A stretch of DNA of 64,000 nucleotides from Leucoraja ocellata (GCA_036785375.1 JAWMAR010000269.1:744001-808000), one strand, 5' to 3'; counted from the first letter of the stretch, positions 26,656 through 36,645 are shown. Made by a program: numbers and translations. Notes: generated by a model from the letters alone, not told the origin.

Positions 26656-26738
26656 CTGATTGGTCCTCTCACCTGTCAATCACCATGATGAAGATAACGC
26701 CCCTTCCGGGGGAGGGCAGGACTATAAAACCCCGGAAG
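26656..26738 (+). promoter_or_regulatory. Pol II promoter-like motif cluster
   Basis: CTGATTGG (reverse CCAAT, 26656), CTTCCGG (ETS-like, 26703), G-rich box, TATAAAA (26723), CCGGAAG (26732). Motif match only. Confidence 0.25.
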
Positions 26739-26874
26739 CCTGAAAGATCGCGAGGGAGAGGCCACAACTCCATTTTTGCTGCGAGTCTACTGAACTGTGA
26801 GTCTACCCTTTATGTGCTTTATGTGGTTATGCAGTTATGTGCTCTATTGGTTATGTGCTTTATGTGGTTAACCC

Positions 26875-27055
26875 TTTTTATGCTTGCAATAAATGATTTG
26901 TTAGCCAGCAATGTGCTTGCAATGAATGATGATTTGGTAACTCGTAATATGCTTACAATATATGATTTATTAGCCAGCAATGTTCTTGCAATGAATGATG
27001 ATTTGTTAACCTTTAATGTGCTTGCAATAAATGATTTGTTAGCTCTTAATGAAAT
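26875..27055. repeat. Minisatellite, alternating ~33/~36-bp units
   Basis: Repeated AATGTGCTTGCAAT(G)AATGAT(GAT)TTGTTA(G/A)C. Confidence 0.85.
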
Positions 27056-27059
27056 TAAA

Positions 27060-27473
27060 TGAGTTGTTTGGCCTGCCCTGTGCTTGAAATTGAAATGGAA
27101 ATGAAATGAAATTAGTTGTTTGGCCTGCCTTGTGCTTTTGTTTTGCTTTGCTTGAGCTCACCTGAAATGAAAGCAAATGGATTGTATTGTTGGCTGGCTC
27201 CACCTTCCCTATGCTTTTGCTTTTGCTTTGCCTTTGTTTTGATTGAGCTCACCTGAAATGAAAGCAAATGATTTGTATTGTTGGCTGGCCTTGCCTGCCC
27301 TGTGCTTGACTTGACTTGAAATGAATTGACTTGATATGAAATGGATTGAGATGGATTGTTGGCCCTACACTCACTGTGCTTGACTTGACTTGAAAGCAAA
27401 TAGATTGTATTGTTGGTTGGCTCTGCCTTCCCTATGCTTTTGCTTTTGCTTTGCCTTTGTTTTGCTTGAGCTC
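27060..27473. repeat. Complex tandem repeat
   Basis: Recurring GTTGTTTGGCCTGCC.TGTGCTT, TTGAGCTCACCTGAAATGAAAGCAAAT and (GCTTTT)n/(CTTGA)n blocks. Confidence 0.85.
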
Positions 27474-30195
27474 AGTGGCGATCAGTGAAACATGGTTGCA
27501 GGAGGGCTGTGATTGGAAACTAAATATTCCAGGATTTCGTTGCTTCAGGTGTGATAGAATTGGAGGGGCAAGAGGTGGAGGTGTTGCATTGCTTATCAGG
27601 GAAGATATTACAGCAGTGCTTTGGCAGGATAGATTAGAGGGCTTGTCTAGGGAGGCTATTTGGGTGGAACTGAGAAATGGGAAAGGGGTAGCAACACTTA
27701 TAGGGGTGTGTTATAGACTGCCAAATGGGGAGCGAGAATTGGAAGAGCAAATATGTAAGGAGATTGCAGATATTAGTAGTAAGCACAAAGTAGTGATTGT
27801 GGGAGATTTCAATTTTCCACACATAGACTGGGAAACACATTCTGTAAATGGGCTGGATGGGTTGGAGTTTGTAAAATGTGTGCAGGATAGTTTTTTGCAG
27901 CAATACATAGAAGTACTTACTAGAGAAGGGGCGGTGCTGGACCTCCTGTTAGGAAATGAGACGGGTCAGGTGGCAGAGGTATGCGTTGGGGAACAGTTCA
28001 GGACCAGTGATCACAATACCATTAGTTTCAATATAATTATGGAGAGGGTCAGAACTGGACCTAGGGTTGAGATTTTTGATTGGAGAAAGGCTAACTTTGA
28101 GGAGATGCGAAAGGATTTAAAAGAAGTCAATTGGGACAGTTTGTTTTATGGGAAAGATGTGGAAGAGAAATGGAAGACATTTAAAGGTGAAATTTTAAGA
28201 GTACGGAATCTTTATGTCCCTGTTCGGTTGAAAGGAAATAGTAAAAATTGGAAAGAACCATGGTTTTCAAGGGAAATTGGACACCTGGTTCGCAAAAAGA
28301 GAGAGATCTACAATAATTATAGGCAGCATGGAGTAAATGAGGTGCTTGAGGAGTATAAAGAATGTAAAAAGAATCTTAAGAAAGAAATTAGAAAAGCTAA
28401 AAGAAGATATGAGGTTGCTTTGGCAAGTAAGGTGAAAGTAAATCCAAAGGGTTTCTACAGCTATATTAATAGCAAAAGGATAACGAGGGATAAAATTGGT
28501 CCATTAGAGAGTCAGAGTGGACAGCTATCTGCAGAGCCAAAAGAGATGGGGGAGATATTGAACAATTTCCTTTCTTCGATATTCACCAAGGAGAAGGATA
28601 TTGAATTATGTGAGGTAAGGGAAACAAGTAGAGTAGCTATGGAAACTATGAGATTCAAAGAAGAGGAAGTACTGACACTTTTGAGAAATATAAAAGTGGA
28701 TAAGTCTCTAGATCCGGACAGGATATTTCCTAGGACATTGAGGGAAGTTAGTGTAGAAATAGCAGGGGCTATGACAGAAATATTTCAAATGTCATTAGAA
28801 ACAGGAATAGTGCCGGAGGATTGGCGTACTGCGCATGTTGTTCCATTGCTTAAAAAGGGGTCTAAGAGTAAACCTAGCAATTATAGACCTGTTAGTTTGA
28901 CGTCAGTGGTGGGAAAATTAATGGAAAGGATACTTAGAGATAATATATATAAGCATCTGGATAAACAGGGTCTGATTAGGAACAGTCAACATGGATTTGT
29001 GCCTGGAAGGTCATGTTTGACTAATCTTCTTGAATTTTTTGAAGAGGTTACTCGGGAAATTGATGAGGGTAAAGCAGTGGATGTTGTATATATGGATTTC
29101 AGTAAGGCTTTTGACAAGGTTCCTCACGGAAGGTTGGTTAAGAAGGTTCAATGGTTGGGTATTAATGGTGGAGTAGCAAGATGTATTCAACAGTGGCTGA
29201 ATGGGAGATGCCAGAGAGTAATGGTGGATGGTTGTTTGTCAGGTTGGAGGCCAGTGACTAGTGGGGTGCCACAGGGATCTGTGTTGGGTCCACTGTTGTT
29301 TGTCATGTACATCAATGATCTGGATGATGGTGTGGTAAATTGGATTAGTAAGTATGCAGATGATACTAAGATAGGTGGGGTTGTGGATAATGAAATAGAT
29401 TTTCAAAGTCTACAGAGAGATTTATGCCAGTTGGAAGAGTGGGCTGAAAGATGGCAGATGGAGTTTAATGCTGATAAGTGTGAGGTGCTACATCTTGGCA
29501 GGACAAATCAAAATAGGACGTACATGGTAAATGGTAGGGAATTGAAGAATGCAGGTGAACAGAGGGATCTGGGAATAACTGTGCACAGTTCCCTGAAAGT
29601 GGAATCTCATGTAGATAGGGTGGTAAAGAAAGCTTTTGGTGTGCTGGCCTTTACAAATCAGAGCATTGAGTATAGAAGTTGGGATGTAATGTTAAAATTG
29701 TACAAGGCATTGGTGAGGCCAATTCTGGAGTATGGTGTACAATTTTGGTTGCCAAATTATAGGAAAGACATCATCAAAATAGAGAGAGTACAGAGGAGAT
29801 TTACTAGAATGTTGCCTGGGTTTCAGCAACTAAGTTACAGAGAAAGGTTGAACAAGTTAGGGCTTTATTCTTTGGAGCGCAGAAGGTTAAGGGGGGACTT
29901 TAGAGAGGTCTTTAAAATGATGAGAGGGATAGACAGAGTTTACGTGGATAAGCTTTTCCCACTGAGAGTAGGGAAGATTCAAACAAGGGGACATGACTTA
30001 AGAATTAAGGGACAGAAGTTTAGGGGTAACATGAGGGGGAACTTCTTTACTCAGAGAGTGGTGGCTGTGTGGAATGAGCTTCCAGTGAAGGTGGTGGAGG
30101 TAGGTTTGTTTTTATTATTAAAAAATAAATTGGATAGATATATGGACGGGAAAGGAATGGAAGGTTATGGTCTGAACGCAGGTGTATGGGACTAG
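27451..30195 (+). CDS. CR1 ORF2: APE endonuclease (N-terminus missing) + reverse transcriptase
   Basis: 914-codon ORF with VAISETWL, GGGVALL, VGDFNFP, LDLLL, SDHN (APE) and NYRPVSLTS, QHGF, YMDFSKAFDKV, GVPQGSVLGP, YADD (RT). The first ~8 codons come from the upstream repeat; the first in-frame ATG is at 28039. Confidence 0.9.
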   Translation: MPLFCLSSVAISETWLQEGCDWKLNIPGFRCFRCDRIGGARGGGVALLIREDITAVLWQDRLEGLSREAIWVELRNGKGVATLIGVCYRLPNGERELEEQICKEIADISSKHKVVIVGDFNFPHIDWETHSVNGLDGLEFVKCVQDSFLQQYIEVLTREGAVLDLLLGNETGQVAEVCVGEQFRTSDHNTISFNIIMERVRTGPRVEIFDWRKANFEEMRKDLKEVNWDSLFYGKDVEEKWKTFKGEILRVRNLYVPVRLKGNSKNWKEPWFSREIGHLVRKKREIYNNYRQHGVNEVLEEYKECKKNLKKEIRKAKRRYEVALASKVKVNPKGFYSYINSKRITRDKIGPLESQSGQLSAEPKEMGEILNNFLSSIFTKEKDIELCEVRETSRVAMETMRFKEEEVLTLLRNIKVDKSLDPDRIFPRTLREVSVEIAGAMTEIFQMSLETGIVPEDWRTAHVVPLLKKGSKSKPSNYRPVSLTSVVGKLMERILRDNIYKHLDKQGLIRNSQHGFVPGRSCLTNLLEFFEEVTREIDEGKAVDVVYMDFSKAFDKVPHGRLVKKVQWLGINGGVARCIQQWLNGRCQRVMVDGCLSGWRPVTSGVPQGSVLGPLLFVMYINDLDDGVVNWISKYADDTKIGGVVDNEIDFQSLQRDLCQLEEWAERWQMEFNADKCEVLHLGRTNQNRTYMVNGRELKNAGEQRDLGITVHSSLKVESHVDRVVKKAFGVLAFTNQSIEYRSWDVMLKLYKALVRPILEYGVQFWLPNYRKDIIKIERVQRRFTRMLPGFQQLSYRERLNKLGLYSLERRRLRGDFREVFKMMRGIDRVYVDKLFPLRVGKIQTRGHDLRIKGQKFRGNMRGNFFTQRVVAVWNELPVKVVEVGLFLLLKNKLDRYMDGKGMEGYGLNAGVWD

Positions 30196-30270
30196 CGGAG
30201 AATACGCATTCGGCACGGACTAGAAGGGTCGAGATGGCCTGTTTCCGTGCTGTAATTGTTATATGGTTAT
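27474..30270 (+). mobile_element. CR1 (HER1-like) LINE, 5'-truncated, young
   Basis: Uninterrupted ORF2 followed by a short 3' UTR ending GGCCTGTTTCCGTGCTGTAATTGTTATATGGTTATA. Confidence 0.95.
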
Positions 30271-30743
30271 ACGATAGCCGCTAACTTGGAATATGTTGCC
30301 ACAAAAGGTCACCAATTTCAAATATCAGGCAAAAACGTTAATTGGAGTGTTTTGTGACAATGTTTGTTTGAAAGTGTTTTGCCTTTTCTTTTGAATCCAA
30401 CGACCTGTCATCTTTCAAATTCAGATAAAACCTATAATCAGTGGTTAATTTTTCTATGATGGAGAAAATCAATAATTGGATAAAAAATGGATTGCAATAT
30501 TTAGGAATTCTATCCACTGACAGAAGGCGCCAAACATGCTCCAATCTTTATGACAATAGGAAGGGAAACCTCTGTTAGGTATTTTAGAACCATTTTACTT
30601 TCTCCTTTGAGAAGTTAATCATAATTACTATGAATATTCTGCTGTTTGTTTGTTCCAATCTCTTAAGAGAGACCTCTTGTCAGAGGTTATGGTGAGAAGG
30701 CAGGAGAATGGGGTAAGGAGAGAGAGATAGATCAGCCATGATT

Positions 30744-31874
30744 TCATATTGAATATTTTTATTGAAGGAAAGATACAATACAGCTGACGTAATGCATTAC
30801 AATTTTGTTTTTTATATACAACAACAAAGTTACCCTCGCTCACCCTCCCTGAACACCCCTTGGCAGCTGATGTGTTCACAATACAACATATCACAAATAC
30901 AAATGCACATTTTGACAGCAATACCTCTATATTCTTCCAAGGTTCAGGCCCATACATACCCACAACATGTCAGATGGTTCAGAATGCACTCATTCATTAT
31001 GCATCAACCATCCTGTGAGGTAATCAACATTTGTGTAAACAAAAATAAATAAATACATAAAAGTAAAACATAAATAAAGGCAGATCCCCATCTACAATCA
31101 AGTGCCCTCAGTCAGTGGGTAGTTATTTTAGACTCTCAAAGTATGACAAAAAAAGGTTTTCATTTCGAATAAAACTTATTCACAGACACCCTCAGTGTAA
31201 ATTTGATCTTTTCTAGTTTTAGAAAAAACATTACGTCCTCCAGCCAAGCGGCAGCAGATGGAGGAGTGGTAGATTTCCAGACCAGCAAAATTCTCCTACG
31301 AGCCAAAAGCGATGTGAGTGCAATGATGTCAGATTGGTTAGCATTTAAACCCAAAGTTTCATCTGCTACACCGAATACAGCTACAAGCGGGCAAGGCCTC
31401 ACTGTCACCCCAAGGACTTCACTGATGGTTTTAAAAACCACTGCCCAGTAGTCACCAAGTTTGGGGCAGGACCAGAATGCATGAGCTAGATTGGCTGGAG
31501 AGAAGGAGCACCTGTCACAACCAGTGTCTGTCCCCAGATATATGTCAGCAAGTGTGGCTTTGCTTAAATGAGTCCTGTGTAAAACTTTGAATTGTATGAG
31601 CCTCAATCTAGCACTTGATGATGAGGAATGGACTCTTGTTAGTGCTTCTGTCCAGCATTCCCCAGACAGATCCATACCAAGGTCATCCTCCCACCTAGTT
31701 TTAGCTTTGTTCAGGTTTTGATCTCCTAAAGACATCAATTGAGAATATAATACAGAGATCAGTCCTTGATTTGCAAATATAAGGGTGAGTTTATCCAACA
31801 TTGTGACAGGCAGGAGATCAGGAAAAGAGGGAAATGTTTTCATGGCAAAGTGGCGGATCTGAAGATATTTAAAG
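30744..31874 (-). mobile_element. LINE-1 clade 3' end (ORF2 C-terminus with CCHC motif + 3' UTR)
   Basis: FKYLQIRHF...WEDDLG...LIQFKVLHRTHL...CDRC......LAHAFWSCPKL..YW...ARRRILLVWK; AATAAA at the 3' end. Confidence 0.9.
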
Positions 31875-31981
31875 AAAAAAATATGGAACGCTTGACGAAT
31901 TTGCATGTCATCCTTGCGATGAGGCCATGCTAATCTTCTCTATCTTTCCAATTTTAGTATATGTGCTGCCGATGCAAGCAT
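31875..31981 (-). pseudogene. RNU6: Full-length U6 snRNA retrocopy fused to L1
   Basis: The reverse complement ATGCTTGCATCGGCAGCACATATACTAAAATTGGAAAGATAGAGAAGATTAGCATGGCCTCATCGCAAGGATGACATGCAAATTCGTCAAGCGTTCCATATTTTTTT matches vertebrate U6 end to end with scattered changes. The ACAGAGA box is damaged by a 2-nt deletion. Confidence 0.97.
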
Positions 31982-32579
31982 GATCTTCCATGATTGAATG
32001 ACAGAGTTGACTTGATAGGCCAAATGGCCTAATTCTGCTCCTCTCACTGATGATATTATGATCTTAATGAATTCCAATCACATTTTTTTTGCAATGTCTC
32101 TACTGCCAAGTACGCCATTATTTTCTGGTCAAAGTAGATTTTATAATGGTCTTCTATGTCTGACAGTTGATGGAGTTTTGTCTACAGCAAAGTTAAAAGT
32201 TAAACACGCTCTCTGACTGCTGAGATTGCTGCTCTCTCCATTTAACAGTAATGAGTAATTACTATCAATTGGTCTTAAAAGGCAAAGGCAGCTGACTATT
32301 TCAGTAAGTGGCAGCATTTATTTTGCATTAACATCTTTATTACTGCACAGAACCCTGACAATTCAAATGTCTACTGTGCATATTTTGTGCAGAGTGGATG
32401 GATTAAAAGGTATAAAAATGAATTCTGCAGACAATTAGGTAAGTAAATACTGTCAAATGAATGGGTGAAATTAATTTATTGGATTTCCGTTAAATAGTGA
32501 TGTCAAGGGACAAGGAAAAAAGGCAGGGAAATCCATGAGGTATAGATAAGGCATGATTATAGTGGGAAAGTGGTTCAGG

Positions 32580-32880
32580 ATTAAAGGTTCCAGGATAAAA
32601 GACTTGTGGTGATGGGGGAAAGAATTAATAGGAATCTAGGGGGTAGGTTTTTCACACAAAGGGTGGTGGGTGTATGGAACAAGCTACCAGAGGAGGTAGT
32701 TGAGGCAGGGACTATCCTAAAATTTATGAAACAGTTAGACAGGTACATGGATAGGACAGTTTTGGAGGGATATTGACCCAACACGGGCAGGTGGGGCTAG
32801 CATAGCTGGGACATATTGGCCGGTGTGGACAAGTTTGGCCGAAGGGCCTGTTTCCACACTGTATCACCCTATGACTCAAT
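32580..32880 (+). mobile_element. CR1 3' fragment
   Basis: RNLGGRFFTQRVVGVWNKLPEEVVEAG...LDRYMD plus the tail GGCCGAAGGGCCTGTTTCC. Confidence 0.85.
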
Positions 32881-33127
32881 GACAAATCTTACTTTTATGT
32901 TTCAATGAAGTGAACATACTGTATTCCATGTAAAGACTAAGCAGCAGTCAGCCCAAGCGGAATAGAGGAGGAGCTGGAGCATGTTTAAAGTTTATGTGGA
33001 CTTGTTTATCAGGTTTAACAGCTTTAGCAGCAATTATGAGGGAGTTGGGGTATGGCAGAGTGACCATTTTACTTTAGAATCAAAGTAAGGACAAGGTAAT
33101 GCATTTAAATAATATTTTTCCTTCAGT

Positions 33128-33225
33128 GGGCGGCATAGTGGCGCAGCGGTGGAGTTGTTGCCTTACAGCGCCAGACTCGGGTTCAATCCTGGCTATGGAT
33201 GCTGCCTGTACAGTGTTTTGTACAT
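33128..33225 (+). mobile_element. V-SINE/HE1-like SINE head only
   Basis: GGGCGGCATAGTGGCGCAGCGGTGG (A box)...GGGTTCAATCC (B box). Confidence 0.7.
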
Positions 33226-34667
33226 ATAGCATGGAAACAGGCCTTTTGACCCATGGATTTTACTTCGGAGTCACGTGAGTGACTTCGTGAAGAACCCCGC
33301 TTCCACGCATGCGTGCCATATCGCTACACGCATTGCAACGAGTCACACAGAGGGGAACGGCGTTCCCCAAGCGGGAGAATTTGAAAGTCGGGAACAGCAG
33401 GTAAGAGACTCTGCGTTCCTTTTTTCTACTTACCTTTTAGGTGGCTGCGGAAAGCTGGCGGGGGAGACCCGTGGAGTGCGAGCAGCCGGCAGCAGCAACG
33501 GCACGAGTTTCCCTGGAGGGGAACAACCTGTGCCCGACTTTGCTCCCGCACCGGCAAAATTCACTTCTCGGCCGGGCGGGAAGCAAAGCAAAGAGGTCCC
33601 GTATGCCAGTCTCAAGCGAGACTGGCTTGGAGCAGTCGCTAGCGGCCAGCGCGGAGGCAGCAGGACAGAGAGCAGGGACCAGCGCTGTAAGTACCTGGGG
33701 TACACAGCAGGGCTGGAAACGCTCAGCGAGTGCAGCGGCACTAATGGAGCTAGGAACTGGACGTCCGGGCCGAAAACCTTCTTCAAAAGGTAAGCACCGG
33801 GGTTGGTCCAAGGGGTCCCTAGGTACAGCCGGGTTTTACCGGCTGCGGAACTGCCGCGAAGGACCAGGGCCGTGAACTCCGGGGTCGGTCCGAGCGGCTC
33901 AAACCCAACACACAGGGAACGACGTGGGAGCACTCCGGAGCCGACACAGCCCCAAAGACCGACGCTACATGGGCCTGGGGCTGTGGAACAGGTAGGAGAA
34001 TTCCTTACCTTTCTTATTCTTTCCAGGAAGGCTGACGAGCTGCCGTTTCTACAGCAGCAGTCAGCCAGCAACGGAAGTCGGCACCACTGTCTCCCAGAAC
34101 GGGAGCGAGTGCCAACTTCACCCCATACGGGGTGAAGGGAAAAACAGAGCCAACAACCCACAAAACAGTGGGTTGTATTAGGGCTCTGGCACTTTTAAAA
34201 TTAACGGAGAAGGACCAGCCCCTTAAACACCGGGGTCGGTCCGAGCGGTTCAAACCCGACACGCAGGGAACAACGGAGAATGAAAAGTCGGGAACAGCAG
34301 GTAGGAGACTCTGCGTTTCCTTCCATTTACTTTTAGGTGCAGACATGGACTGGGTCCATGTAAGGTGCTGGCAGCGGCAGGAGCACTGGCAGTGGCAGGA
34401 GCAGCAGCGGCAGGAGCGGCAGCGGCAGGAGCGGCAGCGGCAGCCGGCAGCGGTAGGAGCAACATGGGCACATCGATTCCCGGAGGGGGAAAACATCTGT
34501 GCCCAACTTCGCTCCAGCACGGTGAGAAAATTCATTTCTCAGCAGCAGCAGTAACGGCCAGCGCCGAGGCCAAGGACTTTGCAGTGCAGTTGACTGGCTG
34601 CAATCTACCACAAGGGACCAGTAATGTGAGTACCAGGGTCGGTCCCAGCGGGGTTTTAGTTACAGTA

Positions 34668-34761
34668 ATCGCTTCTCGGCCTTTTGGCTAAGATCAAGTG
34701 TAGTATCTGTTCTTATCAGTTTAATATCTGATACGTCCCTTATCTAGGGACCATATATTAA
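34668..34761 (+). pseudogene. RNU2: U2 snRNA 5' fragment (nt 1-94)
   Basis: ATCGCTTCTCGGCCTTTTGGCTAAGATCAAGTGTAGTATCTGTTCTTATCAGTTTAATATCTGATACGTCC matches the conserved vertebrate U2 5' end. Stem IIb GTCCCT-TATCT-AGGGAC pairs. The copy stops before the Sm site. Confidence 0.97.
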
Positions 34762-34769
34762 TTAAAAAC

Positions 34770-34828
34770 TATAGTAGCTGTTATTATCAGTTTAATGTCT
34801 TATATGTTCCTTATCTAAGGACCATATA
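34770..34828 (+). pseudogene. RNU2: Second, diverged U2 fragment (nt ~32-90)
   Basis: TATAGTAGCTGTTATTATCAGTTTAATGTCTTATATGTTCCTTATCTAAGGACCATATA has 8 mismatches in 59 nt against the first copy. Confidence 0.9.
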
Positions 34829-35559
34829 AGTAAGAGTGCCCAGAATTGAGGGCATTAGAGTGGGGTTGACCGGCTGCAACGACCACAAGGGGCCAGTACT
34901 GTCAGTACGGGGGTCGGTCCCAGGGGTCTAAGATAAAGGAGCAGCCAGGAGCGCTGAGAGCGTTGAAGCCGGGTTAAGAAATAGATGGAATCAGATGTGC
35001 CAGTTATCCTCCACACCGGCCATATCCACTCCACGGAAGGAAGGACAAAGCTGGAGAAGGAGGACCGTGGAACAACGGGCAGCCAGCAGCAGCCAGCGGG
35101 ACTTGGATCACCCGTAGTGGGATCAGCTGTGCCCGATGTCGGCCCCGCACCGGCCAGATCCAGGCGGCCGAGCGGTAAGGCTAGACACAAATCAAGCAAG
35201 GTAGTGGACTCAGGGGGTCCGACTTTGCATAAAACCGCCGGCAACCAGCGCCCGAGAGGGCTGGAGCGGGAAGAAGCGGTGTATGGAGCCTTGCTCCAAC
35301 GTGATAAACCCACAGCAGTACCTCTTTGAGGGCTGCACAATGCTTCTACCCCATCAGAGGGGAGCACTGTGGGTCAGTTCTGGGTTGACTTGCAAGAGGG
35401 GTCCGCAGAACAAAAGACAAGTGGGCAGCAGTTAAGCCCCACATGGGTACCCCGTGTGGGACCCTAGAGATCTCTAACTCTAAAAAAGAGTAGGCAGGAC
35501 CCTGATGGGCCAGAGCCTGGTAATACAGCATCCCATGATCCTAACACAGCAGGGACTCT

Positions 35560-35960
35560 GCTGGACATGGTGGCTGATTACTTTAACCAAGTCAAACATG
35601 GGTAGACTTGGATCCAGGATGGCAATAGTATTACTATATGTCTGGCCACAAACGCCAACAAGGAAAATTTACAGACACTGGCCAGACATCTGCCACCTGG
35701 CAACGGTGAGGCATTACAGGTGCCCAGTGTAAACCAATGCATTTGGCAGCAGATGGGGACGAACATCAGGAACCAGGACCTCAAGATCCACAGAACCTTA
35801 AAGGGATTGACGGAAGGCATCATAGCATACACCCGCACCCTGGACTAAACGTAGGTAACCAAAAGACCATCAAGACGCACCAGCTCTGTTTAGTAATATG
35901 CAATATGACCTGAACTACACGTGGAAGGCGGCCATTCAGCCAGCACAGGGACCCCAAAAT
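35560..35960 (+). pseudogene. DIRS gag-like ORF relic
   Basis: RHLPPGNGEALQVPSVNQCIWQQMGTNIRNQDLKIH matches the P.N...L.VP.VN..IW......R..D pattern of DIRS ORF1. Frameshifted. Confidence 0.7.
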
Positions 35961-36279
35961 ATGCTACCATTTGCAAATAAAGAACCGTGTGTGGACAAAG
36001 CCAAGACACTGGGGCTCATCAAGGCCAGCGCAAGGGCCTATTTTGGAGTATGATACCAGCCACAGGCAAGGCCATAAAAAATGTGGCTCATACCAGTGGC
36101 AGTGCCAGAAATCAATATTACCCTGGAAGATGCGGAAGACTCAACCTCCCACATAACTCCGAACAAGAGATATCAAACCAGAACCTCCTTTTCAAAAAAC
36201 CAAGGAAATAACACAACCACCGGTAACCATGGAGGTAGGTGGGTGGGGTTTTTTCTTCTGTTAAAATAGGGACCTACGA

Positions 36280-36600
36280 TGGTAGGGGAGGTTGTAACAC
36301 TACAGTTATGTATGGTATATAATCGCTACAGATTCATATAATCTCAGCAGTATTCAGGGTTATCTGATAGGATTTACTCATCCCAATAACCACAGTACAA
36401 CATACACCAGAAGGGCATTTTGTCCTTACCTAAACCAAACAATTCTAAAACTAGCTTCGCATTGTTATGTAAACAAAGCCATAGGGTGATGTATTTCCCC
36501 CGTTCGGCCCCATCAATGGGGTACTAGGGAAAATTCAACTACACTCGGCATCTGGAATTCTCAGAGTACCCGACTGACCTTCAAAATCATGGTATTCGGT
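36280..36600 (+). pseudogene. DIRS pol relic: RT N-terminal start close to the MT-like C-terminus
   Basis: GRL*HYSYVWYIIATDSYNLSSIQGYLIGF (36286-36376), then ~110 nt later VFPPFGPINGVLGKIQ...GILRVPD*PSKSWY (36491-36595). The RT/RH core is absent. Confidence 0.75.
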
Positions 36601-36645
36601 CATACAGGGGATGGTGTTACAACCATGTTCCCTAATGAACAAGGG

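Larger units (their letters stand above)
26460..27473 (+). mobile_element. Helitron-like non-autonomous element (5' part) with internal minisatellites
   Basis: A|TCTATAAAACT start resembles a Helitron 5'-TC terminus. Internal tandem arrays are present. No 3' hairpin-CTAG was found before the CR1 begins. Confidence 0.4.
30678..32070 (+). mobile_element. CR1 3'-UTR relic split by the U6/L1 insertion (pieces 30678-30743 and 31982-32070)
   Basis: The joined halves reproduce the 3' UTR seen intact at 4140-4260 (GGAGAATGGGG...GATAGATCAGCCATGATT|GAATG...GACTTGAT.GGCC.AATGGCCTAATTC). Confidence 0.85.

Noticed and set aside
26646-27399. 138-aa and 95-aa ORFs with repeated peptides; also considered as a CRISPR-like array
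   Set aside because: These are translations of minisatellites. The units are contiguous and degenerate with no unique spacers, and the context is eukaryotic.
31160-31906. 248-aa ORF as a functional gene
   Set aside because: Its ATG and first codons lie in the mutated U6 copy; the rest is a truncated L1 ORF2 C-terminus.
31875-31981. Functional U6 gene
   Set aside because: The upstream sequence is a CR1 relic rather than a PSE/TATA promoter, the ACAGAGA box is damaged, and it is fused to L1 within a TSD.
33128-33195. tRNA gene (also other SINE heads)
   Set aside because: A/B boxes are present, but the sequence continues into SINE body and does not give a full cloverleaf.
34668-34761. Functional U2 gene
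   Set aside because: It lacks the Sm site and 3' stem-loops, and no snRNA promoter was recognised upstream.
33275-35367. Many overlapping 100-240-aa ORFs in the DIRS leader
   Set aside because: GC-rich, repetitive sequence is open in several frames on both strands; no recognisable domains.
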